Assembly: GCA_963718745.1 (NCBI GenBank)
Contig: OY970370.1
Location: 1,547,566 to 1,611,565, forward strand
Source of the DNA: Candidatus Fermentibacterota bacterium
Lineage (GTDB): Bacteria; Fermentibacterota; Fermentibacteria; Fermentibacterales; Fermentibacteraceae
Direction of reading: 5' to 3'
DNA length: 64,000 bases
Shown here: positions 19,817-29,654 of the stretch, piece by piece
How the letters are laid out: each line of letters begins with the position of its first letter
Numbering within the stretch: position 1 is the stretch's first letter
Program-made: the position numbers and the translations under genes
Notes under the pieces: generated by a model
The model's database searches: none
Seen by the model: only the letters and a program-made list of their open reading frames with translations
What the model was told of the DNA's origin: nothing

Positions 19817-20878
19817 TCAGTCGTGGTCGTGCCGGTGGTGGATGTCGGGATAGTGCTGGTGGAAATGAGTCAGCGGAGCATGGATGTGGGGATGGCTGTG
19901 CATCTCTCCGTCGGGTTCGGTGCCGTCGTGCTCATGGGCATGATGTTCGTCGTGGGCGTGAGAATGCTGATGGACGATCTCCTCGTGCGTGTGCTCGTGA
20001 CGGTGCTTTTCCCCCAGCTGCAGCCAGACTCCCAGACCCATCAGGAGCGCTGCCGGGAGCAGCAGGGGGCTTGCCTGCTCCCCTAGGAACAGCAATGAGG
20101 CAATTGCTCCTATGAAGGGCGCCGTCGAGAACAGGGCTCCGGTCCTTGCAGCACCCATGTTGCGCAGGGCCAGCACGAACAGCACCAGGCTGGCGCCATA
20201 GCCTATGAATCCCACCAGGCAGGACATGGCGACCATCGGCGCTCGCGGGACGGCCTGTCCGAGGGTCAGAGCGATCGAGACGTTCACCACGCCTGCGAAC
20301 AACCCCTTGATCCCGGCTATGAGCGCTGGATCCCCCGCCGAGATCCGGCGGGTGAGGTTGTTGTCCACGGCCCAGCAGAGGCAGGCGGCCACGATTGCCA
20401 TCCTTCCGGGCAGACCTGCATCAGTGCCACCCTCTGGTGAGATCGACAGGAAGACGGCTCCCGCGATTATTGCGAGGAGCCCGGATAAAACCTTCAGGCC
20501 GATGTTCTCCCGGAAGACCAGCCATGCCAGAAGGGCTGTCAGGATACCCTCGAGGTTCAGAAGCAGCGACGTGGTGGAGGCAGGGGTGCGCATGAGCCCC
20601 CACATGAGAAGCAGTGGCGCGAGAATTCCGCCCGACAGTACGGCGCCTGCGAGCCAGGGAAGATCAGTCCACGCGAGAGGGGTCGATTGTTTCCGACCCC
20701 TCCCGAACAGTCGACCGGCAATGATCAGCGAGCTGAGACCCAGCCCGGAGCCTAGGTATAGGAGTCCGGCCAGCATGAAGGGTGTGACATCGCCGAGAAG
20801 GGCTTTCGCCGCTGCGGTGGCCCCGCCGAAGAAAGCCGCAGCGACGAGGGCCGGAACCGGACCTTCAGCGATCCTCAA
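19817..20878 (-). CDS. EamA/DMT-family transporter with ~60-aa histidine-rich C-terminal tail
   Basis: About ten TM segments typical of EamA; tail HRHEHTHEEIVHQHSHAHDEHHAHEHDG...HSHPHIHAPLTHFHQHYPDIHHRHDHD. Confidence 0.8.
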   Translation of the reverse strand: MRIAEGPVPALVAAAFFGGATAAAKALLGDVTPFMLAGLLYLGSGLGLSSLIIAGRLFGRGRKQSTPLAWTDLPWLAGAVLSGGILAPLLLMWGLMRTPASTTSLLLNLEGILTALLAWLVFRENIGLKVLSGLLAIIAGAVFLSISPEGGTDAGLPGRMAIVAACLCWAVDNNLTRRISAGDPALIAGIKGLFAGVVNVSIALTLGQAVPRAPMVAMSCLVGFIGYGASLVLFVLALRNMGAARTGALFSTAPFIGAIASLLFLGEQASPLLLPAALLMGLGVWLQLGEKHRHEHTHEEIVHQHSHAHDEHHAHEHDGTEPDGEMHSHPHIHAPLTHFHQHYPDIHHRHDHD

Positions 20879-20884
20879 CTGAGG

Positions 20885-21505
20885 CTATCGCATCCCCCTG
20901 CAGCCGCCACCCGTGCGGCCCATACCGCGCATGCCGTCCATGCCGTTCATCCCGCCCATTCCGCAGCCACCGCGCATGTCGGCACCCATCTGATCGAGGT
21001 CGAGATCCTGCAGCTGCTCCAGCTGACCGGGCGTGAGGACCCCGTGTATGCTCACCAGGGCTTCCTCGTGGATGTTCCTGATCTCGTCGGACAGGTCGGC
21101 GGCCCGGCCTGTGAAGTCCTCGAGAGATGCCACCGAGAAGCTGCTGCTGGAGAAGAGATCGAGGAATGCCCTTGCAGGATCGGCCATCCCGGCCTCTTCG
21201 CGGGCTTCGGAGATCCTCTCCTCGAAACCGGCCATGAGATCATCGATCTCGGCCAACTGGGCATCCGAGAGATCGAGGTATCCCAGGAAGGGCATGATCA
21301 TCATCGGGCAGCCCTGCATCATGTTGCATGATCCCATGCCCATCATGCCGCCACACATGCCACCCATACCGCCCATACCAGACATCCCTGAGCCACGGTC
21401 CATGCCCATACCCATGCCGCCCATTCCGCCGCAGCCCTGTGCCCCGGCCGGGACTGCCAGAGCCAGAACAAGTGCGAGCACGAGCAACCATCTGAAGCGG
21501 TTCAT
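20885..21505 (-). CDS. periplasmic Spy/CpxP/ZraP-like protein with Met/Gly/Cys-rich termini
   Basis: Signal peptide; LTxxQ-type motifs (LDLSDAQLAEI, LTPGQLEQL); MGGMG/CGG repeats at both ends. Confidence 0.65.
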   Translation of the reverse strand: MNRFRWLLVLALVLALAVPAGAQGCGGMGGMGMGMDRGSGMSGMGGMGGMCGGMMGMGSCNMMQGCPMMIMPFLGYLDLSDAQLAEIDDLMAGFEERISEAREEAGMADPARAFLDLFSSSSFSVASLEDFTGRAADLSDEIRNIHEEALVSIHGVLTPGQLEQLQDLDLDQMGADMRGGCGMGGMNGMDGMRGMGRTGGGCRGMR

Positions 21506-21699
21506 CTCCGACTCCTCTCGAAAACCATACGACTATACCCTACCTTACAGGTATTCTATAGTGGAATCACATCTTGTGGTTCCCGACCATTTGAATCAGC
21601 AACGCAAGGTTCGTCCATATCCGCTGACAACCCGCAATCAGGGTCGCTGTATCAGTTGATGATGCCCCAGGGGGGAACAAAGCCCCCCTGGGACAAGTC

Positions 21700-21905
21700 G
21701 TGATAGCTATCTATGCATGGACGAGCCTGCGAGCACGGCGAAGGGGAGACACGGTCGTTGCCGGTTGGAACATCATTATAGCCCAGCTCATCAAGACGCG
21801 GAGTGGAGCAGGGTTGCGTAAGGGCAGCTCAGAATGCCTTCTACCCGCTCTGCTGCAAAGAAGCCTCTCCTGGCCGAGAGAAGGGTAGCCATGTCGGATT
21901 GGAGT
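21700..21905. repeat. mosaic intergenic repeat, copy D
   Basis: About 120 bp nearly identical to 25530..25640 and about 55 bp to 29545..29600; lies between the FG-GAP gene stop and the Met-rich gene; a 10-bp GC hairpin sits at 21666..21692. Confidence 0.6.
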
Positions 21906-21934
21906 ACCAGGAGGAAAGGTCCTCCCGCTCGATG

Positions 21935-23755
21935 CTACTCCACCACCACGACGCGTCTCGCGGTCTCGAACTCCCCGGCCTGCATCCTTACGAAGTAGAC
22001 GCCCGGGGGATGCTCGCCCAGTCCAACCTGCGAATAGCCGGGCTGGTATTCGATCGAACCCGTCGATTCCGCAACCCTGCCCGCGATGTCCAGAACGGTC
22101 AGAGTCACCATGGAAGGCTCGGGAATGCCGATCGTGACGAGCAGGGGCCCGGAGACGGGATTGGACACGAAGGGCATCAGCTCGAAACCGCCGGGCATCT
22201 CCGGCCCCTCCGTGCCGAGCGGGTTCCAGGAGACCGTTACGTCGAGCAGAGCGGGGCTGGCGCCGGGATCGTCCGTCGTCATCACGGACCTGTACTGGAA
22301 GTAGTTCGCTCCCTCAGGAAGCACGCCCGCGAGACTGCACGGGTCATCGAGAATGGCCGACCACGCCCCCATCTCGTCGGAATCGTCCGAAGCGCGCACC
22401 TGGAAGGAAATGTCGGTCTGGGAGGGAGAGTCTTCAGTCCATGTCAGACCTCCCCAGCCCGGATCGCCCTGCAGGTATAGGATGCTGGATTCCAGGACCG
22501 CCTCGTTCACATGGATGTCCCACCAGCGGAAGAAGTGCAGGTCCGGCTCGAAGCTGGTCCCCAGGATGTCCATCCAGCCGTCGCCGTCCACGTCACCCGG
22601 GATGATGCAGTCGGCAGTGTTGTACTCCCCGATGTCGCAGACCGTGTGCTCCTCCCAGTCCGTCCCCAGTCCGTCGGAGTTCTCGATCCAGATGTACTGT
22701 CCGCCAAGCCCCGTTGTGACCAGGATGTCGCTGTCTCCGTCCCGGTCGAGATCGCCGGACCCGAGGCCCCAGCAGCAATCGGAATAGGCTGCAACTACGT
22801 GCTTGGTCCAGTCCGAACCCGTGCCGCTCAGGTTCTCCCACCACGAGACGGCGTCCGAGTCAGTACCTGAACCGAGGACGTCGAGATCCCCGTCTCCGTC
22901 GAAATCGGCCGCATGGACGGAGAACGAGCTGTTGTAGCCGTCATCTATGGCGGCCATGGTCCAGGTCGTCCCGAGACCGTCGGTGTTCTCGAGCCAGAAC
23001 ACGCCGTACTCGGCTGAACCTGCGGCAATGATGTCCAGATCTCCGTCTCCGTCCAGATCGCCGGGATGCACACCGTGGTAGGAACTGCTGAGCCCCGTAT
23101 CGATCTCATGTTCGAGCCAGTCGGAGCCGTCCCCCTCGACGTTCTCCCACCAGTACCAGTACAGGCCGAAGACGTCTGCGCAGACGATGTCGATGTCTCC
23201 ATCCCCGTCGAAGTCCCCCGTGCACGGGGTCACTGGCATCTCTGGAGCGGCGCTGATCGAACAACCGATCCATAGAGTCCCCTGGCCGTCCACGTTCTCG
23301 AACCAGGAGACCAGGTCCTGGGCTGCGACGAAGTCGGTGTCGCCGTCGCCGTCGATGTCGCTCGCGCAGATGTATCCGCCGGTTGCAGCTGCTATAAAGT
23401 GAATCGTCCAGTCGGTGCCCGTGCCGTCGTTGTTCTCCCACCAGCAGACGGTGGAGGAGCTGCTCGCAACGACGTCCAGGTCCCCGTCGCCGTCCATGTC
23501 GGCAGCATCCAGGTATTCGGGCTCGAAGATGTCGTCGATGGTGTTCTCGTACTCTCCAGGGAGGATCCCGACCTGCCCGGCGGGAGACGACCACGACGCT
23601 CCGGCGCATTCGTAGAATTCTCCACCCCATGCCGTTACCGGCCCCTGAGTCCCGGGGCCGCCGGCCCAGTCGGTCTGGCTTTCGCTGTCGGCATGGCAGA
23701 CGGAAACTGTAATCAGAAGGGCTATGAGGAGGAAGAGTCGCTGCATCCGGACCAC
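21935..23755 (-). CDS. FG-GAP/VCBS repeat protein with T9SS C-terminal sorting domain
   Basis: Signal peptide; repeated DxDGDGDxD calcium-binding-like motifs; C-terminus TLTVLDIAGRVAE...PGVYFVRMQAGEFETARRVVVVE. Confidence 0.8.
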   Translation of the reverse strand: MVRMQRLFLLIALLITVSVCHADSESQTDWAGGPGTQGPVTAWGGEFYECAGASWSSPAGQVGILPGEYENTIDDIFEPEYLDAADMDGDGDLDVVASSSSTVCWWENNDGTGTDWTIHFIAAATGGYICASDIDGDGDTDFVAAQDLVSWFENVDGQGTLWIGCSISAAPEMPVTPCTGDFDGDGDIDIVCADVFGLYWYWWENVEGDGSDWLEHEIDTGLSSSYHGVHPGDLDGDGDLDIIAAGSAEYGVFWLENTDGLGTTWTMAAIDDGYNSSFSVHAADFDGDGDLDVLGSGTDSDAVSWWENLSGTGSDWTKHVVAAYSDCCWGLGSGDLDRDGDSDILVTTGLGGQYIWIENSDGLGTDWEEHTVCDIGEYNTADCIIPGDVDGDGWMDILGTSFEPDLHFFRWWDIHVNEAVLESSILYLQGDPGWGGLTWTEDSPSQTDISFQVRASDDSDEMGAWSAILDDPCSLAGVLPEGANYFQYRSVMTTDDPGASPALLDVTVSWNPLGTEGPEMPGGFELMPFVSNPVSGPLLVTIGIPEPSMVTLTVLDIAGRVAESTGSIEYQPGYSQVGLGEHPPGVYFVRMQAGEFETARRVVVVE

Positions 23756-24053
23756 CCCCGTTTAAATTTTCACTGCATATCTGATCTCGCACGACATCAG
23801 ACCTGCGTCAAGCCCAACTTCCAGATCGCTTTGACTTCAGGTCCCAGCTCTGGTCGAAGGTTTCGCAGCAGTTTCTTTCGCTAGGCGGAAGACAGGAGTC
23901 ATTCACCTTGAATCCTTTTCATGACCGAGCAAGCTCTGGTTACTGCGGTGCAGTCCTCTGGAGGCACCGACCCTCCCGATCTGCCGGAAACCTGTAAATG
24001 TCCTGCCCGGGAAGCATATCCATCGTTTTCTACGATCCGATGAAGGGTAGGCA

Positions 24054-24082
24054 TTGACTCTACGTACGGCATTGCGTACGAT
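24054..24082 (+). promoter_or_regulatory. sigma70-like promoter TTGACT-N17-TACGAT with CGTACG-N6-CGTACG operator palindromes
   Basis: About 25 nt upstream of the antitoxin start; paired short palindromes in a toxin-antitoxin promoter are the expected autoregulation architecture. Confidence 0.45.
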
Positions 24083-24105
24083 ACAGAAGATAGAAAGGGG
24101 AGCGT

Positions 24106-24348
24106 ATGTCAGCGTTGAGCGCCACTGATGCAAGAGCCCGGCTGTACCGCCTCATCGACGAGGCGGCCGAGACTCATGAACCGATCCTGATAACCGGGAA
24201 GCGGAGTAACGCCATTCTCCTCTCGGAGGAGGACTGGCGTTCGATCCAGGAAACCCTGTTCCTGCTCTCGGTCCCCGGCATGCGCGAGAGCATCGTCGAG
24301 GGCATGAAGACACCGGTCGAGAAGTGCAGCGAGAAGCCCGGCTGGTGA
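24106..24348 (+). CDS. yefM: type II antitoxin, Phd/YefM family
   Basis: 80 aa; MSALSATDARARLYRLIDEAAETHEPILITGKRSNAILLSEEDWRSIQETLFLLSVPGM matches YefM; AAAGGGGA RBS. Confidence 0.85.
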   Translation: MSALSATDARARLYRLIDEAAETHEPILITGKRSNAILLSEEDWRSIQETLFLLSVPGMRESIVEGMKTPVEKCSEKPGW

Positions 24349-24608
24349 CCTGGCGCCTGGTCTACACTGCGCAGGCCCGGAAGGACGCGAAGAAGATCCA
24401 GGCAGCCAGCCTCCGGGAAAAGACGGAAGCTCTCCTCGAACTGATCGCGAAGGATCCTTGCGCCGCCCCTCCTCCCTTCGAGAGGCTCCTCGGTGACCTG
24501 AAGGGCGCGATATCCCGCAGGATCAACATCCAGCACAGACTTGTCTACCAGGTTCTCGAAGCAGAGAAGACCATCAAGGTCCTCAGGATATGGACGCACT
24601 TCGAGTAG
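24324..24608 (+). CDS. yoeB: type II toxin, YoeB/Txe family
   Basis: RLVYTAQARKDAKKI...RRINIQHRLVYQV...IWTHFE matches YoeB; the likely start is the GTG at 24345 overlapping the antitoxin stop. Confidence 0.85.
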   Translation: MQREARLVTWRLVYTAQARKDAKKIQAASLREKTEALLELIAKDPCAAPPPFERLLGDLKGAISRRINIQHRLVYQVLEAEKTIKVLRIWTHFE

Positions 24609-24705
24609 ACAGAATCAGCCCTCTGGAAGCATGACCGCCATGCCTTCTTGCCTGCCTGGACCCTCTTCCGTATCGTCACTTCTGGCGTATGCGAGAGGGG
24701 GGCGT

Positions 24706-25182
24706 ATGCGGATCGTCGCCGAAGTTCTCGGGCTAGTCACGATCTTCACTTTGATGCTCTCAGGATGCGGCAGTTATGAGGACGAAACCGTCATCTTCAC
24801 CAAGGTCCTCCCGGCTGACGTTCAGCAGCTCATGGACAACGGGTATCTCGACAGCGGGGGTGCAAACCCCATCCTTTATCCTGTCGAGGAAATGTGGGAA
24901 GACTTCTACTTCGCAGAAACCCCCGAGATGCTGGACTCCCTGTTCCAGGAATATCCTCCAGTTCTGGACAGCCTCTTCCCGGAAGGCGGCTCACTTCTGA
25001 TCCTGGACCTCCACACAGAAATTGAGGATGAAGTTCTAGGCTACTCTATGGAAGCCAGTTCTGACACAGTGCGGATATGTGTTGAGATAAGATACCGAGA
25101 TGTCGGAAGCCCTTATCCAGGGATTCGCGAGTGGGTTTTCCCGATGGGAGTTGTTCTTGATCCGGAGACTCCCGCTGAGTAG
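24706..25182 (+). CDS. hypothetical lipoprotein
   Basis: Internal start MRIVAEVLGLVTIFTLMLSGCGS with GAGAGGGGGG RBS. Confidence 0.55.
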   Translation: MRIVAEVLGLVTIFTLMLSGCGSYEDETVIFTKVLPADVQQLMDNGYLDSGGANPILYPVEEMWEDFYFAETPEMLDSLFQEYPPVLDSLFPEGGSLLILDLHTEIEDEVLGYSMEASSDTVRICVEIRYRDVGSPYPGIREWVFPMGVVLDPETPAE

Positions 25183-25307
25183 ACTGACGCCGACCAGCTG
25201 ACCTCGCGGACTTCCACACGGATGCAGTAGACGATCTCGCCTAAACCCCGTAATCTCAAAAGGCTTCAACATCCTGGGGCTGCTCAACAACCCGAAGAAG
25301 ACGGATG

Positions 25308-25640
25308 TGTCCCACGGGGATACGCAGCCCCCCGTGGACCGGTCGCGCGAACGAATCGAGCTGAATGGCAGTTGTGAGCGCGACAAGGCATCATCACGGT
25401 CGTTTCACGGAAACGACGATGCTGTGCTTATCTACTGGTGGTGATGATGCCTTTGCCACTTCCCGCAGGGAAGTGGCGGTCCTGGTCCTTTGTGGATGGA
25501 ACACCCTGATGGCCCAACTCGTGAAGATTGCGGCGTGGAGCAGAGTTTCGTAAGGTCTGCTCAGAATGTCCTCTACCCGCTCTGCTGCAAATAAGCCTCT
25601 CCTGGCCGGAGAAGTAATAGCCATGTCGGATTGGAGAATG
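25308..25640. repeat. mosaic intergenic repeat, copy A (includes a hairpin variant of the tRNA-Glu 3'-end motif)
   Basis: About 270 bp aligns with 27396..27650 at high identity; its 3' part matches copy D. Confidence 0.65.
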
Positions 25641-25794
25641 GCCTGAACAATGTGGATGGGATTGCAGGCCAGCTCGATTCCGGATGATCAATTCCCTCGA
25701 TGTTGACGACACTCACATCTGAACTTGCTGGCATGTCCTAGTCTAGGCATAGATAGAATACACTCGGCTTCGGTAATGGGCTGGAGGTGGAACG

Positions 25795-27285
25795 GTGTTG
25801 GCGCTCCTTTTACTTGCAGCGACCGCGAGTCCACCCGAGATCCTGTGGGCTGCCTGGTCCCCTGGCGGGATAGTTGATGTAGAGTGCGCCGGCTTCGTGA
25901 ATGGCGACTCCACCGAAGATGTCTTTGCCGCGTCAGATGAAGCCTCCGGGCATGGCATCATGTGCCTGGACGGGGCTACAGGTGGAATCATCTGGCTCAA
26001 CGACTCTCTTCCGGGAATCACTGGCACGGGTTGCCTCCGAGCTATCAGAGACGTGAATCTTGACGGAGTTCATGATGTTGCGGCAGGTTCATCGGCGAAT
26101 CCTGCGGTGGCTGTCTTCTCTGGAAGCACAGGTGAGATTCTGTGGAGCATTCCCCAGGAGTATCCGGTCTGTTGGATCGAGGCCGCCAATGGTCCTGGTC
26201 CCTCGGACGTCTACGTTCTTGTTAACCGACAGAACTCATACTGGACCAGTTGTGCCGCGCTTGTCGGTCAAACTGGAGCGCAGCAGTGGGCCACGCCTTA
26301 CGTGGCAACCACAGATCTCTGGCTAAGAGCGACTGAAGGTGACATCAACGGTACAGGCTGGTCCGAGTTCGGTATATCGGTTGACAGGGGATCTGTCAGC
26401 GGCGGATGGGCCGACGTGATGGACGGTTCGAATGGCGGCCTGATCCATCGAGAAAACACGATGTATTTCGGATCCATGGACGTATGCGACACGCCCATGC
26501 CGTTGATGGTCATGTCTCACTTCGGAACCTACCCCGTGACATGGGCGTACTCCTTTGTCTCGGGCACTGTAGTATGGCAGAGTTACAACCCGGATCTGGG
26601 TGGCGCCCAGCTCCAGATTCTCCCGAGCATCACCCAGCCTGCCACCCCGGATCGTGAGATCCTCGGATTCGGAAGCAGCAGCCACCTGGTCCTGTTCAGT
26701 TGTGATGAGGAATACACTGACGTTTTTGTTGAATACGTCTTTCCGAGCGCGATCAGGGCGGTTGACTATTTCTGTGAGGCTGCAACGTGGAGGGTTGCCT
26801 TGGTGACCTCGGCCAGATTCCATTGCCCCCTGCTGGACCTTTGGTCCCCACCTTCCACAGAGCCTTCAATCGCCTTGCCTAACGCGGATGCACAGGATCT
26901 TTGCCTGATCGAGTCGGTTCTCTCTCCGACACCACTCGTAGCTGTCGCAATGAAAGCAGCCGGACCAGGTGTCTGCGCGATTCGCACCACATGGCCCGAA
27001 GGCATCGAGGAGGAAAGCACAGCCCCCAATCTGGTCTTGAGCTCCTGTTCGCCTAGTCCTGGGACGGGGGAGTTCAGTCTCACCTGGTCATCCGGCATGG
27101 GGCCGACGGAGATCGGAGTCTATGAGGAATCCGGCAGACTCTGCCTCGATTGCGACCTGGGTCTGATGCCCGAAGGCGAACACTCCACACAGCTCGACCT
27201 GCAGGAAATGCCCTCCGGCTGCTATGTGGTCGTAGTCTCCTGTGGCACAGAGCGGGCCTCCACGAAGCTGGTTGTGCTCAGGTAG
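25795..27285 (+). CDS. secreted repeat protein with T9SS-like C-terminal domain
   Basis: GTG start with GGAGGTGG RBS; signal MLALLLLAATASPP; C-terminus GVYEESGRLCLDCDLG...PSGCYVVVVSCGTERASTKLVVLR. Confidence 0.7.
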   Translation: MLALLLLAATASPPEILWAAWSPGGIVDVECAGFVNGDSTEDVFAASDEASGHGIMCLDGATGGIIWLNDSLPGITGTGCLRAIRDVNLDGVHDVAAGSSANPAVAVFSGSTGEILWSIPQEYPVCWIEAANGPGPSDVYVLVNRQNSYWTSCAALVGQTGAQQWATPYVATTDLWLRATEGDINGTGWSEFGISVDRGSVSGGWADVMDGSNGGLIHRENTMYFGSMDVCDTPMPLMVMSHFGTYPVTWAYSFVSGTVVWQSYNPDLGGAQLQILPSITQPATPDREILGFGSSSHLVLFSCDEEYTDVFVEYVFPSAIRAVDYFCEAATWRVALVTSARFHCPLLDLWSPPSTEPSIALPNADAQDLCLIESVLSPTPLVAVAMKAAGPGVCAIRTTWPEGIEEESTAPNLVLSSCSPSPGTGEFSLTWSSGMGPTEIGVYEESGRLCLDCDLGLMPEGEHSTQLDLQEMPSGCYVVVVSCGTERASTKLVVLR

Positions 27286-27375
27286 GAGAGCCTCCGAAGC
27301 TGCTTCCCGATTCCGTGCTGTAGTGCGTCTGGCTGTCTGTATTAGCGCAAAATATTGCTGTATAACTGATTATAT

Positions 27376-27660
27376 GGTGGCGGTCCCACGGGGCAACGCA
27401 GTCCCCCGTGGACCGGTCGCGCGAACGATTCGAGATGGATAGCCGTTGTGAGCGCGACAAGGCATCATCACGTCGTTTCTCTGGGAACGACGATGCTGTG
27501 CTTATCTACTGGTGGTGATGATGCCTTTGCCACTTCCCGCAGGGAAGTGGCGGGCCTGGTCCTTCGTGGATGGAACACCCTGATGGCCCAGCTCATCAAG
27601 ATCGCAGCCTGGAGCGAGGTTTCGTGAGGGGCAGCTCAGGATGGTGTTATCAGCTCCAAT
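27376..27660. repeat. mosaic intergenic repeat, copy B (starts with a duplicate of the tRNA-Glu 3' terminus)
   Basis: TGGCGGTCCCACGGGG (revcomp = the last 16 nt of tRNA-Glu) followed by the CAACGCAGT-loop hairpin and about 250 bp shared with copy A. Confidence 0.65.
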
Positions 27661-27845
27661 TGGCCATCGATCCTCTACAGGATGGAGAAGTAGTAGCCAG
27701 AGGGGATTGGACCACCACGGTATCTTGCCATTGTTGTGTCTGGTCGACTACAGATCGCTGCCGTCAACCAACCGAGCTAGCTGGTTAGGATACTGGAGCT
27801 CCATGCCCCAGTTCTGAAGACCTTCCTAATGGAACAGCCAACCCA

Positions 27846-28931
27846 CTACTGCAGCTCGAAAATGTAGACCCGGGGCCACGAGCTGGCGAAAGGATTCCAG
27901 GCAAGAATCCCGCGATCTGTGATGCGGAAGATCATCAGCTCGTCGCCGGGGAGGCCACTGACAGCGGAGGTGAACTCCAGCGTGCCATCCGACCTATACA
28001 CGTCGAACTCAGGGTGGAAATAGGAACTGTGGTGCACCCAGACCCTTCCCAGGGAATCCTGGACCTGGATCCCGATCACACCCAGCTCCCTTGGATCAGG
28101 GCGCCAGGCCCCGCCCATGTTGTCACGGTACCGGCGCCAGAGGAGTTCCTCCTCTACTTCCAGAGAATCGCGGAAACCTGGTTCCCGGGGATTTTGAAGA
28201 GTATCCAGGGGGGTACCGTCCTGCGCTAAAACTAGGACACGATTGTTGACGCCAGAGAGGGCCACATATATGTGCCCGTCACTATCTGTAGTTACTGCAG
28301 GCTGTCCGGCATAAAGCTCGTAGAGATCCTCGGGATTGATGCTGATCTGCTGAAGTGAGCTAAAGGTAGTGGTTATCTCTCCGGTGTCGATGCTCCACCG
28401 GGACAAGTCCATAGAAAGCGTGAGATCGCCATTCTGATCCGCAGTGAGATTCCCGGCCCAGCCGAGAGCGGAGCTGTCTGGAAGGATACTCAGCTGATCG
28501 ATGACCGAATTTCCGGGGAGTGTGACGGAACGCACCGTTGCCAAATCAGCTCGGTAGTACACAAATCGTCGAAGGTAGTATTCGTATAGGACGAAGCCTT
28601 CGCCGAATGGCGTTATCCCACCGATGTGATTGTATTCCAAAGGGCCATTGCCCAGATTCTTGACCCGGCTGATGCAGAGACCATCCGGAGAAAACAGACG
28701 CAGATCCTGATACGCCCCGTCCGCAACCAGTATGTTTCCGTCCGGTATGAAGAATGCCCCAGCGACTTTGCCCAGTAAAAGGTTGCTATCTCCGATTTCA
28801 ACTCCGATGGAATCGACAACTCGCAGTTCTCTGTATGTGATCGGATCATCGGTTGCTGGTGTGGGTCCTTTGCAGGCGATAGCCATAAGGATCAATGGCC
28901 CGCCTGAAACAAGGAAATATCCACTTCTCAT
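27846..28931 (-). CDS. hypothetical lipoprotein, beta-propeller-like
   Basis: Start MRSGYFLVSGGPLILMAIACKG (lipobox) with GGAGG RBS; repetitive beta-rich sequence. Confidence 0.65.
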   Translation of the reverse strand: MRSGYFLVSGGPLILMAIACKGPTPATDDPITYRELRVVDSIGVEIGDSNLLLGKVAGAFFIPDGNILVADGAYQDLRLFSPDGLCISRVKNLGNGPLEYNHIGGITPFGEGFVLYEYYLRRFVYYRADLATVRSVTLPGNSVIDQLSILPDSSALGWAGNLTADQNGDLTLSMDLSRWSIDTGEITTTFSSLQQISINPEDLYELYAGQPAVTTDSDGHIYVALSGVNNRVLVLAQDGTPLDTLQNPREPGFRDSLEVEEELLWRRYRDNMGGAWRPDPRELGVIGIQVQDSLGRVWVHHSSYFHPEFDVYRSDGTLEFTSAVSGLPGDELMIFRITDRGILAWNPFASSWPRVYIFELQ

Positions 28932-29149
28932 CCCGCTAATCACCTCCAGTCTGCAATATCATCAGTTTCGCAGCTCTGCCTGTCTAGTTACAGGGATCGA
29001 AGTCCAATCCGGGGAAGGTCAGCATTCCGAGCTTCAGAACCCGGGGACCGTTAATGCGATCCTTCAAGACAAGGACGAGCTGCTTGCACGACCAGGCATC
29101 GTCATGGTCGTTTTAGGAAACGACGGCTCTGAGCTTGTAACCAGTTGGT

Positions 29150-29650
29150 GATGATGCCTTTGCCACTTCCCATGGGGAGGACGCTCAGGCCCTCTCGCGG
29201 CTCGTCTCTTCAGTTTCGCAAGGCGAAACTGATACTTAGCAGAACACTCCAGTTCCGCGAAGCGAAAATGGTACGTAGCGCAACAGCATGGTTCCCGAAG
29301 GGAACCTGCGAGTGCGCGTGTCTGTGTTACCAGGGAACCTGCAAGTGTGCGTGAATGTCGTTGAAGGCTTTACCGCTCTCGCAGGTCCGCTTCGCGGACC
29401 GTGCTGCCGCTAAACTCATCCCTCTTCGCGGGATTCGAGACCTGTCGGGCCAGGTCATTCCCGCAGACGCGGGAATGACCGTGGCGGTCCCACGGGGCAA
29501 CGCAGTCCCCCGTGGACCTGCCGTGAGAGCTTCGTGCGAATACTGTGAGCCTGCGAGCACGGCGCAGGGACGACACGGTTGTTGCCGGAGGGAACGACCA
29601 TTCAACCGTTATGTCTTCGAGGTGTCGTCACTGCTGCCACTTGCCGGAGG
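29150..29650. repeat. mosaic hairpin-rich repeat block, copy C, directly downstream of tRNA-Glu
   Basis: Contains a second duplicate of the tRNA-Glu 3' end (~29482..29497), the hairpin GGTCATTCCCGC-AGAC-GCGGGAATGACC, and units shared with copies D and E. Confidence 0.65.
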
Positions 29651-29654
29651 CAAG

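Noticed and set aside
29482-29520. Possible second tRNA or tRNA pseudogene downstream of tRNA-Glu
   Set aside because: Only the 3'-terminal 16 nt of tRNA-Glu is present, attached to a hairpin with a 10-nt loop; no D-arm or anticodon arm. Interpreted as an att-like duplicate or repeat element.
25308-29650. Possible CRISPR array
   Set aside because: The repeats are 250-330 bp mosaics at ~2.1-kb spacing, not 25-40-bp direct repeats with uniform spacers; no cas genes.
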